DNA of 38,394 nucleotides from a virus. Its lineage: Duplodnaviria > Caudoviricetes. The stretch covers positions 1 to 38,394 of IMG/VR virus record IMGVR_UViG_3300031655_000016; one strand, written 5' to 3'. Below, one piece after another: positions 6,633-15,311 of this stretch; within the stretch, counting starts at the first letter, position 1; each line of letters starts with the position of its first letter. The notes under the pieces were generated by a model, which was given only the letters and a program-made list of their open reading frames with translations, searched no databases and was not told the DNA's origin. The position numbers and the translations under genes were made by a program.

Positions 6633-6850
6633 ATCATATAGGAAGACTTATTGGTGAGAGAGATCCAATCTTGAAATTGGTAGAGGATGGTAGCCCACAT
6701 GGGTTAGTCAAGATCTATAGACCTAATAAGCGTACTAAGAAATTAGAATACATTGAGTCTATTGATCCATTCAAGGAGCTAACACCTGTTAATAATCCAT
6801 ATAAGAATTACCCTTACAAACATAAGATTAAAGCGGAGACAATTACATGA
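6629..6850 (+). CDS. Hypothetical protein
   Basis: ATGA-coupled on both sides. Confidence 0.65.
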   Translation: MNHIGRLIGERDPILKLVEDGSPHGLVKIYRPNKRTKKLEYIESIDPFKELTPVNNPYKNYPYKHKIKAETIT

Positions 6851-6981
6851 GTAGAATTTTTTTAATTATTTTAATACTAGTAGCAACAATGGTTACTTGG
6901 ACTATTTGGTATGTAAGCAACAAGCACAGCAATACCTATGTTGTGCCTTATGAGGAGTTATTAACTGAAGGGAGGTTTTAG
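6847..6981 (+). CDS. 44-aa single-TM protein (not in the ORF track)
   Basis: ATGA overlap; MSRIFLIILILVATMVTWTIWYV... Confidence 0.65.
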   Translation: MSRIFLIILILVATMVTWTIWYVSNKHSNTYVVPYEELLTEGRF

Positions 6982-7211
6982 TGCGAAGAGTATTACTTAA
7001 GCGTGGAAGGAAGATGCAATTAGAACCTAGTGACAGGGATAAGAAAATCCTTAAGCAAATAGCAGAGGGTAGATCCCTTACAGAGCTAGGTAAAGAATGG
7101 AATGTTTCTAAACAACGTATACACCAGATATATAAGCGTTGGTCTTACGGTAGGTACGATTATAAACCCGTCCTTGTTGTTGAGGAAGCACACACTTGGA
7201 CATCTAAATAG
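6981..7211 (+). CDS. HTH DNA-binding protein (sigma70 region 4-like)
   Basis: RDKKIL...GRSLTELGKEWNVSKQRIHQIY helix-turn-helix; GGAGG RBS. Confidence 0.75.
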   Translation: MRRVLLKRGRKMQLEPSDRDKKILKQIAEGRSLTELGKEWNVSKQRIHQIYKRWSYGRYDYKPVLVVEEAHTWTSK

Positions 7212-7220
7212 GAGAACAAT

Positions 7221-8039
7221 ATGTCGTTAATGTTACATTGCGGTGCTAGTGAATTGAAGCTACATGAGTTAAAGGATGTACCTATTACCCCTAGGATATA
7301 CCATTACATAGGCAAGGATGGTAACCCTAGAGTAATCAAACGATCAGATATATGGCAAGGCATACAACACTATGATTTTGCCTGCAAGGTAATAGATGGA
7401 TGCAATAGACATGGTATGCCTGTTGATCTTGAACGTACTAAGTGGGGCGTTAGTGAGAATGGTGCTGATCTATTTGGTTATCTTAGGTTTGCTACAGAGA
7501 TACAAGGTAGACCTACGATACTCTCCCAACATGTTACCAATGAGATAGAGCCTACTATGGGGCTACGTCATTCTAACCTTAGTAAGTTTGCAGCCAAGGC
7601 TACTGTAGGGGGTGACTGTTTTGTATGTGACAACATGGCTATTACAGGTGAGATTGCATTCAACTACAAACATACATTTGGTAACGTAAATTCCCTGAGT
7701 CATCTAATAGGTCATGGTTTAATTAAGTACCTAGATAAGATACCAGAGTTAGGTAAGATGGTTACTGCTTTGAAGGAAAGATATATCACAAACGAAAGAT
7801 TATCCGACACATATCTAAGGGCAGCTAGGACTAAGTTATTGCCTTGGTCACACATTGGTATGGTTGATAAGTTTTGGGAAGAACCTACCCATCCTGAGTT
7901 CGCCAAACGGCACGATGGTTGGAGGTTATACAATGCTTTTAATACTGTCGCTAAGAAATATAATCCAACACGACAGATAGAGATGGTTAGTAAGCTGAAT
8001 GGTTTAATCATTCCCAAAGAGGAGGAGATATGCTTCTAA
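7221..8039 (+). CDS. DUF932-like protein
   Basis: SLMLHCG...GLRHS...CFVCDNMAITG...H...GWRLYNAFN pattern. Confidence 0.65.
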   Translation: MSLMLHCGASELKLHELKDVPITPRIYHYIGKDGNPRVIKRSDIWQGIQHYDFACKVIDGCNRHGMPVDLERTKWGVSENGADLFGYLRFATEIQGRPTILSQHVTNEIEPTMGLRHSNLSKFAAKATVGGDCFVCDNMAITGEIAFNYKHTFGNVNSLSHLIGHGLIKYLDKIPELGKMVTALKERYITNERLSDTYLRAARTKLLPWSHIGMVDKFWEEPTHPEFAKRHDGWRLYNAFNTVAKKYNPTRQIEMVSKLNGLIIPKEEEICF

Positions 8040-9112
8040 CGCACGAAGAAAGAAGGCAAGGCATAGGTGGTAGTGATGTCGGTGCAATCATGGGAGCCAA
8101 CCCATACTCTAGCATAATCAAAGTATACAAGGATAAGAAGGGGGAAATTCCCCCTCTTCAGATGAATCATGCTATGGAGTGGGGTCATATATTGGAGGAT
8201 GTTATTGCCAAAAAGTATGCAGACGATAACAACTATCATTTCGACCTGTACGGGCTACCACTTAACAACAAATCCCCCTATGTAGGATTCCCAGATGACA
8301 AGGACGGAGTACTGTACAAACCACGTATTGTTAGAGGTGGTGAGTTTCAGAGTGATGTACCTAGTTGGGCGTATGCACATCCAGATGGTTTTGTCCAGCT
8401 AGGTGACCCAGATAACTTTGAGTTATCAGGTATAGAGATCAAGACTGTTAGTGAGGGTATGTGGCGTAAGTACTGGGCTAACGATGAGATACCTCCTTGG
8501 CAATTCTACCAAGTAGTATGGTATTCTATTGTTACAGGCATAGATCATTGGAAATTAGTAGGGTTAGCACCTCATCTTCGTATGTCTTGCGATCCTATGC
8601 TAGTCCATGACATCTATGTTGATTCCGATCTAAAGACTAAGGTATTGGATAAAGTCATAGACTTCTGGACATGCCTACAAAGCGGTACAATCCCTCATAT
8701 AGATAAGCCTAGTGAGATGGACATTAAGTTACTCTACCCTACCGATACAATGGATATGGTACAGAGTAGTGGCACTATAGACGCTGCCGTACACCGCTTA
8801 TATGATGTACGCATGGATTTAAAACCCTTAGAAGAAGAGGAGGAATCGCTGAAGAATATGATTAAGTCACACATGGGTAATGCAGGTAAGCTTATCAGCC
8901 AAGAGGGTGAAGAGTTAGCTTCCTTCAAGTCACCTAAAGCTAGGGTAAAGGTTGACCATAAGAACATTGTGGAATCACTTCGCAAGTCTCTTAAGGCTAA
9001 CCCATCTGATGCTTCTGATTGGGCTATGTCTGAGCTAAATCATTGTGAGGCTAACGCTACCAAAGCATTCACACAATCACGTAGGTTTTTATTAAAAGCT
9101 AAATACATATAG
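8030..9112 (+). CDS. YqaJ / lambda-exonuclease family recombination nuclease
   Basis: RRQGIGGSD, WGHILE, AHPDG, IEIKT and YQV motifs. Confidence 0.9.
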   Translation: MLLTHEERRQGIGGSDVGAIMGANPYSSIIKVYKDKKGEIPPLQMNHAMEWGHILEDVIAKKYADDNNYHFDLYGLPLNNKSPYVGFPDDKDGVLYKPRIVRGGEFQSDVPSWAYAHPDGFVQLGDPDNFELSGIEIKTVSEGMWRKYWANDEIPPWQFYQVVWYSIVTGIDHWKLVGLAPHLRMSCDPMLVHDIYVDSDLKTKVLDKVIDFWTCLQSGTIPHIDKPSEMDIKLLYPTDTMDMVQSSGTIDAAVHRLYDVRMDLKPLEEEEESLKNMIKSHMGNAGKLISQEGEELASFKSPKARVKVDHKNIVESLRKSLKANPSDASDWAMSELNHCEANATKAFTQSRRFLLKAKYI

Positions 9113-9120
9113 GAGACACT

Positions 9121-9357
9121 ATGAGTTCAAACAACGGGGATCAATCAGACTTTGATGGCATCCCTATTTCCAACAATACAGGTACTTTCCCAGTAGCAGT
9201 AGCACTACATGTCACTAACCTACCTAAGTTTATGGCAAACATGGAGAGTGCTGTAGATGAAGGTAAAGATGGCTCTCTCCTTATGTATTTTAATAGGAAT
9301 GACATCAAGCTTAGTGATTCCAATGGAGTTATACGTATAACATTAACCTTAGATTAG
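9121..9357 (+). CDS. Hypothetical protein
   Basis: AGGAG RBS; lies between the exonuclease and the annealase. Confidence 0.7.
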   Translation: MSSNNGDQSDFDGIPISNNTGTFPVAVALHVTNLPKFMANMESAVDEGKDGSLLMYFNRNDIKLSDSNGVIRITLTLD

Positions 9358-9366
9358 GAGATACAT

Positions 9367-10083
9367 ATGCCAGAGAAGTCCAATGAGAAGAAGCTTGCAG
9401 AGCTATACGCTTCCTTTCAGTCCAAAGAGTTCAGAGATGATATAGCTACCTGTATCAAGAGTAAGGGTTGTAAGGGTATGGATTATATACCGTGGCCTAA
9501 CGTAATGGATAGGTTCTTTAGAACTTGCCCCAGTGCTACCTATGTATTCAGAGACTATACTCTTAAGCTCAATCAAGACGGTGTCCAATGTGAAACAATG
9601 CGTCCTTATATGGGTGACCAATCAACTGGGTTCTTTGTGACTACAAGTATTACTTGTTACGAAACAACCAGATCTATGACATCCCCTATATATGGCAAGA
9701 CATTCACAACGGTTAACCTTAAGCCTAATGCTAGAGATATACATAACGCCCAGATGAGATGCTTGTGTAAGAATGCAGCTATGTTTGGTTGTGGTATAGA
9801 GCTATGGACTAGGGAAGATGAAGCGCAGACGGAATCAGAATCAGAAACGCCTGCTAGTACTGGTCTGGATGAAGAGGACATTATTGCTGTCGCTACTGAC
9901 ATCTTTAATGCTTCTCCAGTACCGCATAAAACAGACACACCTACTAGTACAGAGGGTGTGCATCCAGACCAATTATGCAAGAAGTGTGGTGCTGTTATGG
10001 TTGTTAAGAGTGGTAAGTTTGGTAGTTTCTGGGCTTGCCCTAACTACCCAGACTGTAAGTATACCTCTCCTATTACGACATAG
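9367..10083 (+). CDS. Sak3/DUF1071-like ssDNA annealing protein with C-terminal topoisomerase-type C4 zinc ribbon
   Basis: YIPW...NAQMRCLCKNAAMFGCGIELWTRED, then an acidic linker, then CKKCG...KSGKFGSFWACPNYPDCKYT. Confidence 0.8.
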   Translation: MPEKSNEKKLAELYASFQSKEFRDDIATCIKSKGCKGMDYIPWPNVMDRFFRTCPSATYVFRDYTLKLNQDGVQCETMRPYMGDQSTGFFVTTSITCYETTRSMTSPIYGKTFTTVNLKPNARDIHNAQMRCLCKNAAMFGCGIELWTREDEAQTESESETPASTGLDEEDIIAVATDIFNASPVPHKTDTPTSTEGVHPDQLCKKCGAVMVVKSGKFGSFWACPNYPDCKYTSPITT

Positions 10084-10173
10084 GTATATACCTAAGAGCT
10101 ATAGGTATTATTATTATTATAATTATTATTATAATATATATATAATATTATTATTATTATTATTAATTATTAT
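10081..10173. other. Putative replication origin
   Basis: 14-bp palindrome TAGGTATATACCTA, then 68 bp with no G or C (10106-10173), directly upstream of the helicase. Confidence 0.65.
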
Positions 10174-10214
10174 GTGGATTGGGGCTATGCCCCTTTCCGC
10201 AAACAGGAGACTCT

Positions 10215-11537
10215 ATGCCAGAAGTACCCGATAATATGTTCTCCGCTACCTTTGCAGATAGAGATGTTGAGAGGGTTATCTTGTCTGCTATGATGCGTGA
10301 GAAATCAGAGGCTTTGTTCTTCATGGATAGGTTAGTTGCGGATGACTTCTACTACGGTATACACCAAGAACTATACTCAGAGATATGCGACTCATTCAAA
10401 CTAAGTGGTAACACAGATTACATAAGCATTAAAGCTAGGTTCGCTAACCAACCAAGGAGGCAAGAGGTACTAGAAGAGATACAAGACTATGCTTATGAAC
10501 ACCCAATAGCTAACGATAACTCAAGCAAGTTACTCAAGGAGTTTTCTTCTAAGAGATTGATATCTAGCTTATGTACTAAGGTTCAGAACTCACTCAATAG
10601 CAACTCAGATTCTTCTGATGTTATTGGTATCCTACAACAAGAATCTACAGACATACTAAGATCACGTGATTTTTTATTCAATGAGTCCTGTGTATCAGAG
10701 CCTGATGAATGGGTAACAGAGATACAGGATGAGATGGATTCTGGGGAGCGTGAATCAAATGACTATGATGGCCCTGCTACGGGTATGCCATTACTGGACG
10801 TTAAGATGCACGGGTTACAGGATATCAATGTTATCTCTGCACCGACAGGTCATGGTAAATCTATGCTTGCTCTTAATTGGGTAGTCCATATAGCTAGTAG
10901 TGATTACGATGGGCGTGTCTTATATATTAACTATGAGATGAACCGTAAGCAATTGGCTAGGCGTATCTTAGCGATGGCATCTGGGGTAACATATGACGAA
11001 ATATATAACCGTAAATTTCGCAGTAGAGAAAACGCAGAAGCCTACAATAACGCTAGGTTAGGATTACTAGAACGTAAAAACTTAATCATTACTGGTAACG
11101 AACCTAAAACATTAGGCACTACTATGGCTTTGATACAGGAGCATGTCACATGTAACAACGTCAAGGTTGTAGTCATAGATCATCTAGGTGAGATTGCTAG
11201 TGAGCGTGATGAGTACAACATGGAGCATTGGATTAAGCTACAGAAATACGTTAAGGAATTAAAGAATGTAACGACAAGACTAGGCGTTCATCTGGTAGTA
11301 GTAGCCCAACAAAACAGAGAGGGATATAACAATGGGTTAGGTTCAGCAGGTGGGTTGGGTAGGGTAGCAGGTACGCTAGAGTTGAGTCGTGTATGTGATT
11401 GTTTTATTAACATGTATACCACTAGAGATGGTGAGAGCATAGTAGCATTAGAGAAGAATCGTAATGGTGAATCCTGTAAGTTTAAGTCTAACTTTGATGG
11501 AGCTAGACAACGTATAACATTGGAGGGAATACTATGA
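10215..11537 (+). CDS. dnaB: DnaB-like replicative helicase
   Basis: DnaB N-domain (ERVILSAMM..DDFY..HQELY), Walker A APTGHGKS, YEM, VVIDHL, AQQNR, KNRNG; AGGAG RBS before ATG 10215. Confidence 0.92.
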   Translation: MPEVPDNMFSATFADRDVERVILSAMMREKSEALFFMDRLVADDFYYGIHQELYSEICDSFKLSGNTDYISIKARFANQPRRQEVLEEIQDYAYEHPIANDNSSKLLKEFSSKRLISSLCTKVQNSLNSNSDSSDVIGILQQESTDILRSRDFLFNESCVSEPDEWVTEIQDEMDSGERESNDYDGPATGMPLLDVKMHGLQDINVISAPTGHGKSMLALNWVVHIASSDYDGRVLYINYEMNRKQLARRILAMASGVTYDEIYNRKFRSRENAEAYNNARLGLLERKNLIITGNEPKTLGTTMALIQEHVTCNNVKVVVIDHLGEIASERDEYNMEHWIKLQKYVKELKNVTTRLGVHLVVVAQQNREGYNNGLGSAGGLGRVAGTLELSRVCDCFINMYTTRDGESIVALEKNRNGESCKFKSNFDGARQRITLEGIL

Positions 11538-11749
11538 CCAGAGAGTATGTACTAGCTAGAGAATGTGCTACTTGTCGTGATGATAAAGAGGAATGCCCAC
11601 GGGGTATGGAGTATCTTAACGAAGAATCCTCCATGAAAACTAAAATATTTTTTTCAAGAGAGGAGGCTAAGAGATACATATATCATGAGCTAGGTATGGA
11701 TGAAGAAGAGGTAATGATTATACCTAAAGAGGAGGTAATACATGACTAA
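11534..11749 (+). CDS. Hypothetical acidic protein
   Basis: ATGA-coupled; CxxC motif. Confidence 0.7.
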   Translation: MTREYVLARECATCRDDKEECPRGMEYLNEESSMKTKIFFSREEAKRYIYHELGMDEEEVMIIPKEEVIHD

Positions 11750-12224
11750 CAGTAGAGCTAAAGGACAACGTGGTGAAAGGGAAGTATGCCATATGCTATC
11801 CAAATATCTAGGCGAACCAATCACCAGAGAACTGGGTGCGTCTAGAGATGGTGGCTGTGATGTCAAGATAACTATAGGAGAGTTTACTTATTTCATTGAG
11901 GTTAAACTATATAGAAAAGTAACTCAGGGTAACGTAGCTGAATGGTGGACTCAAGCATTGCGTCAAGCAAATGACGATGAACATGCATTGAATCCTGTAC
12001 CTGTATTAATATATAGACAAAGCCATTGGAAATACTGGGAGGTTGTAGTACCATTGGGCTATATGTTATGGCAGTTAGAATCAAACAATAAGGTTATAGA
12101 TAAAAAGGCTGACCATACAGTAACTATATGCGTCAAATTTTTGACGGATCTAATGCGTATGAAAGGTGGCAGTCATCACGATACATTATCGGATGGTAGG
12201 ATGGACATATACATGGAGAAATAA
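11742..12224 (+). CDS. Holliday junction resolvase-like PD-(D/E)XK nuclease
   Basis: NSRAKGQRGERE...GCD...IEVK...WWTQA pattern. Confidence 0.8.
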   Translation: MTNSRAKGQRGEREVCHMLSKYLGEPITRELGASRDGGCDVKITIGEFTYFIEVKLYRKVTQGNVAEWWTQALRQANDDEHALNPVPVLIYRQSHWKYWEVVVPLGYMLWQLESNNKVIDKKADHTVTICVKFLTDLMRMKGGSHHDTLSDGRMDIYMEK

Positions 12225-12226
12225 TT

Positions 12227-12409
12227 ATGAAATGTCAATGTGGTTCAGAAGAAGAACTATGGGTACATGGTCATGTACAATGTGCTAAGTGTGGGCGTAT
12301 CAATGACGGTGATTGCTGTCAAGGAGAGTCTGCTAGTAGGAGGAACAAAGCCTACAAGGACAACAGAATACGTAGTCCATACGACTTTGACACACCAAAG
12401 GATAACTAA
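12227..12409 (+). CDS. Small zinc-finger protein
   Basis: CQCG...HGHVQCAKC...DCCQGE. Confidence 0.7.
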   Translation: MKCQCGSEEELWVHGHVQCAKCGRINDGDCCQGESASRRNKAYKDNRIRSPYDFDTPKDN

Positions 12410-12447
12410 TGAATACTTACCCTATAACTGTGAGAGGAGGTGATCCT

Positions 12448-12957
12448 ATGAAGGAACATTGCTACCCGTCTGTCGTTACATTAACATGGTATGAGGTATC
12501 TGCTGCTATTCATCTAGTAGGTTTACGTCATACAGAATCACTAAGGAAAGGATTGGAACACAAGTATGGTTACAAAGGTAGGGATATGCAGGACAATTTG
12601 TATGGTATGTTAGGGGAGATAGCGTTTGCGAAGGCGATTGATAAGTACTTCCCAATGACTGTTAACACATTTAAAGAAGCTGACATAGGAAAGGTATGGC
12701 AGATTCGTACAGTAGGCAGTAACAAAAACAGAGACTTGATTGTTAGACCTTCTGATGCTACTGGTCATAAGTATGCCTTGGTAGAGGTGGAGAAAATTAA
12801 TCCTACAGCTTCATACAAAGCTACTATACATGGTTGGATAGAAGGTATAACTGCTAAAGATAATAAATACCTATCTGATTTTGGTCATCCAGAACGACCG
12901 AAAGCTTTTCAGATACCACAAAAAGACTTACGACCTACCTCTTGGATGCCCGTCTAA
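12448..12957 (+). CDS. Conserved phage protein, possible degenerate nuclease fold
   Basis: GGAGGTGA RBS (alternative start 12409); GMLGEIAFAK...ADIG.WQIRT...GWI pattern. Confidence 0.65.
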   Translation: MKEHCYPSVVTLTWYEVSAAIHLVGLRHTESLRKGLEHKYGYKGRDMQDNLYGMLGEIAFAKAIDKYFPMTVNTFKEADIGKVWQIRTVGSNKNRDLIVRPSDATGHKYALVEVEKINPTASYKATIHGWIEGITAKDNKYLSDFGHPERPKAFQIPQKDLRPTSWMPV

Positions 12958-12965
12958 GAAACTGA

Positions 12966-12999
12966 GAGCCTGTATTTTGAGCGATTGAAGTACAGGCTT
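12966..12999. terminator. Hairpin at the convergence of the two arms
   Basis: AGCCTGTATTTT / GAAGTACAGGCT stem between convergent stop codons; weak U tail. Confidence 0.5.
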
Positions 13000-13014
13000 G
13001 CCTTCCCTATTCGT

Positions 13015-13227
13015 TTATTTATTTCTGCCTCTATTCTGGCTCTTATTCACCAGCCTCAAATTACTTCGACTATTATTTCTAGGGTTACGATCCTTGTGAT
13101 CTACATCTAGGCTACTCTTGCGTCCTCCTAGTACCTTCTTCCTAGCAATATTCCTAGCAGACCTACGTTTAATTTGGGTAGGTTTACTATGATATTCTCT
13201 ATACTCCTTTGCATAGTCTCTAGCCAT
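13015..13227 (-). CDS. Small HNH endonuclease-like protein
   Basis: RDYAKEY...DVDHKDRNPRNNSRSNLR...NR. Confidence 0.75.
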   Translation of the reverse strand: MARDYAKEYREYHSKPTQIKRRSARNIARKKVLGGRKSSLDVDHKDRNPRNNSRSNLRLVNKSQNRGRNK

Positions 13228-13414
13228 TTGCTTGTCTCACTCCTTTTAATGGGATACAACCTACATTAACATTCGATGGTGGTGCTAAATCTAAGGCATT
13301 TTGTTTGCTGTCTTCACATTCTTTTAGGCTATGGTATAGACCTAGTACTTTAGAATCTACTATATCCACAGTAGGTGGACTGCTAAGTATAATTACTAGG
13401 AGAATCCACATCAC
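13220..13414 (-). CDS. Small exported or membrane protein
   Basis: MWILLVIIL N-terminus and a Cys pair. Confidence 0.65.
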   Translation of the reverse strand: MMWILLVIILSSPPTVDIVDSKVLGLYHSLKECEDSKQNALDLAPPSNVNVGCIPLKGVRQANG

Positions 13415-13692
13415 TACTTGATCTTCTTGATCTTAGATATACACTTAAGGGGTATATGGAATCTACCTTCAAGCCCTGCATCTGACGATAAACTCCTACA
13501 GATTATAAGTTCATTGGCTGTCTTATCTAACTGGTAACCTACTGTCTTTATATACATAGGATCTTTCTTACCGTCTTTATCCAGCCCAGATAGATACTCC
13601 CATTCCTCCTCTGCCTGTGCATCAATCCAGTAGACCTCTATAAGCTTGCTCTTGGTTTCATAGAGGAGTATCTTAGTTTTTTTATTTGTCAT
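13414..13692 (-). CDS. Small beta-rich conserved phage protein
   Basis: V.WIDA...W...TVGY...IP..CI pattern. Confidence 0.65.
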   Translation of the reverse strand: MTNKKTKILLYETKSKLIEVYWIDAQAEEEWEYLSGLDKDGKKDPMYIKTVGYQLDKTANELIICRSLSSDAGLEGRFHIPLKCISKIKKIK

Positions 13693-13955
13693 GCCTTGTT
13701 AATTCCCAACCACGCAGCACATGCTCCTAGTGCAGTTGCGACAGCAGTACCTATGCCTTGGACGGTTTTAATTTTAGTCTCTATTTTATCTACCCTTGAG
13801 TGTATCCTGCGAATAGTTCCTTCGTTGTCTTCTATCTCTTTATTGTAATGGTCTAGTAGCTCATTGATCCTCTGGTGTCGAACAGCTTCTAAGTCTTCAT
13901 GAGATTTAAACTTATCTGTAATATGTTCTTTGAGATTGATTAATTCATTATCCAT
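13689..13955 (-). CDS. Coiled-coil protein with C-terminal TM (holin/XhlA-like)
   Basis: Helical body plus hydrophobic tail; likely start MDNEL at 13955. Confidence 0.55.
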   Translation of the reverse strand: MDNELINLKEHITDKFKSHEDLEAVRHQRINELLDHYNKEIEDNEGTIRRIHSRVDKIETKIKTVQGIGTAVATALGACAAWLGINKA

Positions 13956-14271
13956 TAGCTGTGTCACCTTTTTCTTTTGCAGGGTGAGTTCTAATATTTC
14001 TTATCTTATCAGCTTTATTACGTTCCATAATATTTAAACGCTCATGTAATTTTTCATGTGATCTTTGTATCTCTGATCTAGGTAATGCTGTATGTGCTAG
14101 TTCATCTATACGTTTGTCCAATGCTCTTGCATGATCTGCTACTCTACCTAGACTAGAATTGTTTGCTTTATTTTTTTCAAGATCATCTATTTTTGACATC
14201 AACCTATTGATTGACCATGAGAATATACCTATAAACAATACCCAAATGTGTTCAAGAATATTGACTGCCAT
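13948..14271 (-). CDS. N-terminal TM coiled-coil protein
   Basis: IWVLFIGIFSW followed by a heptad-like region. Confidence 0.6.
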   Translation of the reverse strand: MAVNILEHIWVLFIGIFSWSINRLMSKIDDLEKNKANNSSLGRVADHARALDKRIDELAHTALPRSEIQRSHEKLHERLNIMERNKADKIRNIRTHPAKEKGDTANG

Positions 14272-14285
14272 AATTCATTGTATCC

Positions 14286-14375
14286 CTAATATGGTACTGG
14301 AGCTACTTGAGGTAGCCATACATATAAACCGTACAACGTGCCTAGCATGATTGTGATGTAAAATAATAGTTTCAT
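14286..14375 (-). CDS. 29-aa TM peptide (not in the ORF track)
   Basis: TAATG overlap with the oxygenase stop; MKLLFYITIMLGTLYGLYVWLPQVAPVPY. Confidence 0.5.
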   Translation of the reverse strand: MKLLFYITIMLGTLYGLYVWLPQVAPVPY

Positions 14376-14983
14376 TACCACACCCAAGATACATATGAAT
14401 ATCTAGCCCCTTTTGTAACAGGAGTAATTTGATGTGGGTATAAAAAATTTGAAGGGAATATCAAAAGATCACCAGCTTTTGTATCTATTTTTTTATCCTC
14501 AAACATAATCAATTCGCCCCCTTCGTAGTCATCGTTTAATACACCTATAATCGAAAGTACTGGAACACCTTTTCTTTCACCGTCAAACAAACTATGGATA
14601 TGGTCACAATGATTTTTCATTGTTTGATTGGGACTATACCGCATAAATTTTAAACCAGAGTATCCATTCCATCCTTCGTACCAATTAAATTTTAAAGACT
14701 GTATATACTCTAGTATAGCTGACTGTAGCTTGTCTATTATGGTTTGATTTATTGCTGCAATTTTGTCAGAAAAATCACATTTAACTAAGTACGGTTCTAG
14801 TCTTGGCTCAATATTTTCTGGCTCATTATCTCCCGAAGGCTTACAAAGTGAACCACTATGAGAATTATGCCAATCGTGTTTTTTCCAAGTATCCGCATTC
14901 AATTCTTTTATATAATCTTTACACTCTTTGTTATTTAAAAAACTCTTTTTGTGAAAAACATAATGCTCTATGTTTTTATCCAT
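14375..14983 (-). CDS. 2OG-Fe(II) oxygenase (prolyl-4-hydroxylase-like)
   Basis: HCD...LNDDYEGGEL...FPSNFLYPH...GARYS; likely start MDKNI at 14983. Confidence 0.9.
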   Translation of the reverse strand: MDKNIEHYVFHKKSFLNNKECKDYIKELNADTWKKHDWHNSHSGSLCKPSGDNEPENIEPRLEPYLVKCDFSDKIAAINQTIIDKLQSAILEYIQSLKFNWYEGWNGYSGLKFMRYSPNQTMKNHCDHIHSLFDGERKGVPVLSIIGVLNDDYEGGELIMFEDKKIDTKAGDLLIFPSNFLYPHQITPVTKGARYSYVSWVW

Positions 14984-15302
14984 GCGTTTTCCATTCAGTA
15001 TTCTCTTCGTCCCAAAAATATATTTTGCCATCATCAGGATCAGGGTAAGCAGTTGGAGCTTCCCATTGGCAGGTATCATCATCTAATAACCAAGAAGAAT
15101 GTGGTTTAGGTGCTATAAAAGCATCTCTTGTTTTATCATATGTAGAACCTTTTCCAGCAAAGTTCTTCCTAAAATTACCGTTGTATGAAGTTTGAACCCA
15201 ATTAAATGAATCTCCTACTACACCAGAATTTATAAAATCTTGTTCTGATACTATTACTCTTTGAACTATATTGTCGTTATCTATTTCTGCGAAATGACTC
15301 AT
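14976..15302 (-). CDS. Tail-fibre-associated conserved protein
   Basis: MSHFAEID.NIVQRVIV...WVQTSYN..FRKNFAG...DAFIAPKP..SW pattern, directly after a Gly-rich fibre gene. Confidence 0.75.
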   Translation of the reverse strand: MSHFAEIDNDNIVQRVIVSEQDFINSGVVGDSFNWVQTSYNGNFRKNFAGKGSTYDKTRDAFIAPKPHSSWLLDDDTCQWEAPTAYPDPDDGKIYFWDEENTEWKTHG

Positions 15303-15311
15303 TGTTTTCCC

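Noticed and set aside
8770-8785. Second sigma54-like GG-N10-GC site
   Set aside because: Inside the exonuclease gene, poor -12 context, no dyad or IHF-like sites nearby.
9818-10234. 138-aa ORF with poly-Tyr/Leu
   Set aside because: Translation of the AT-only tract, overlapping two real genes.
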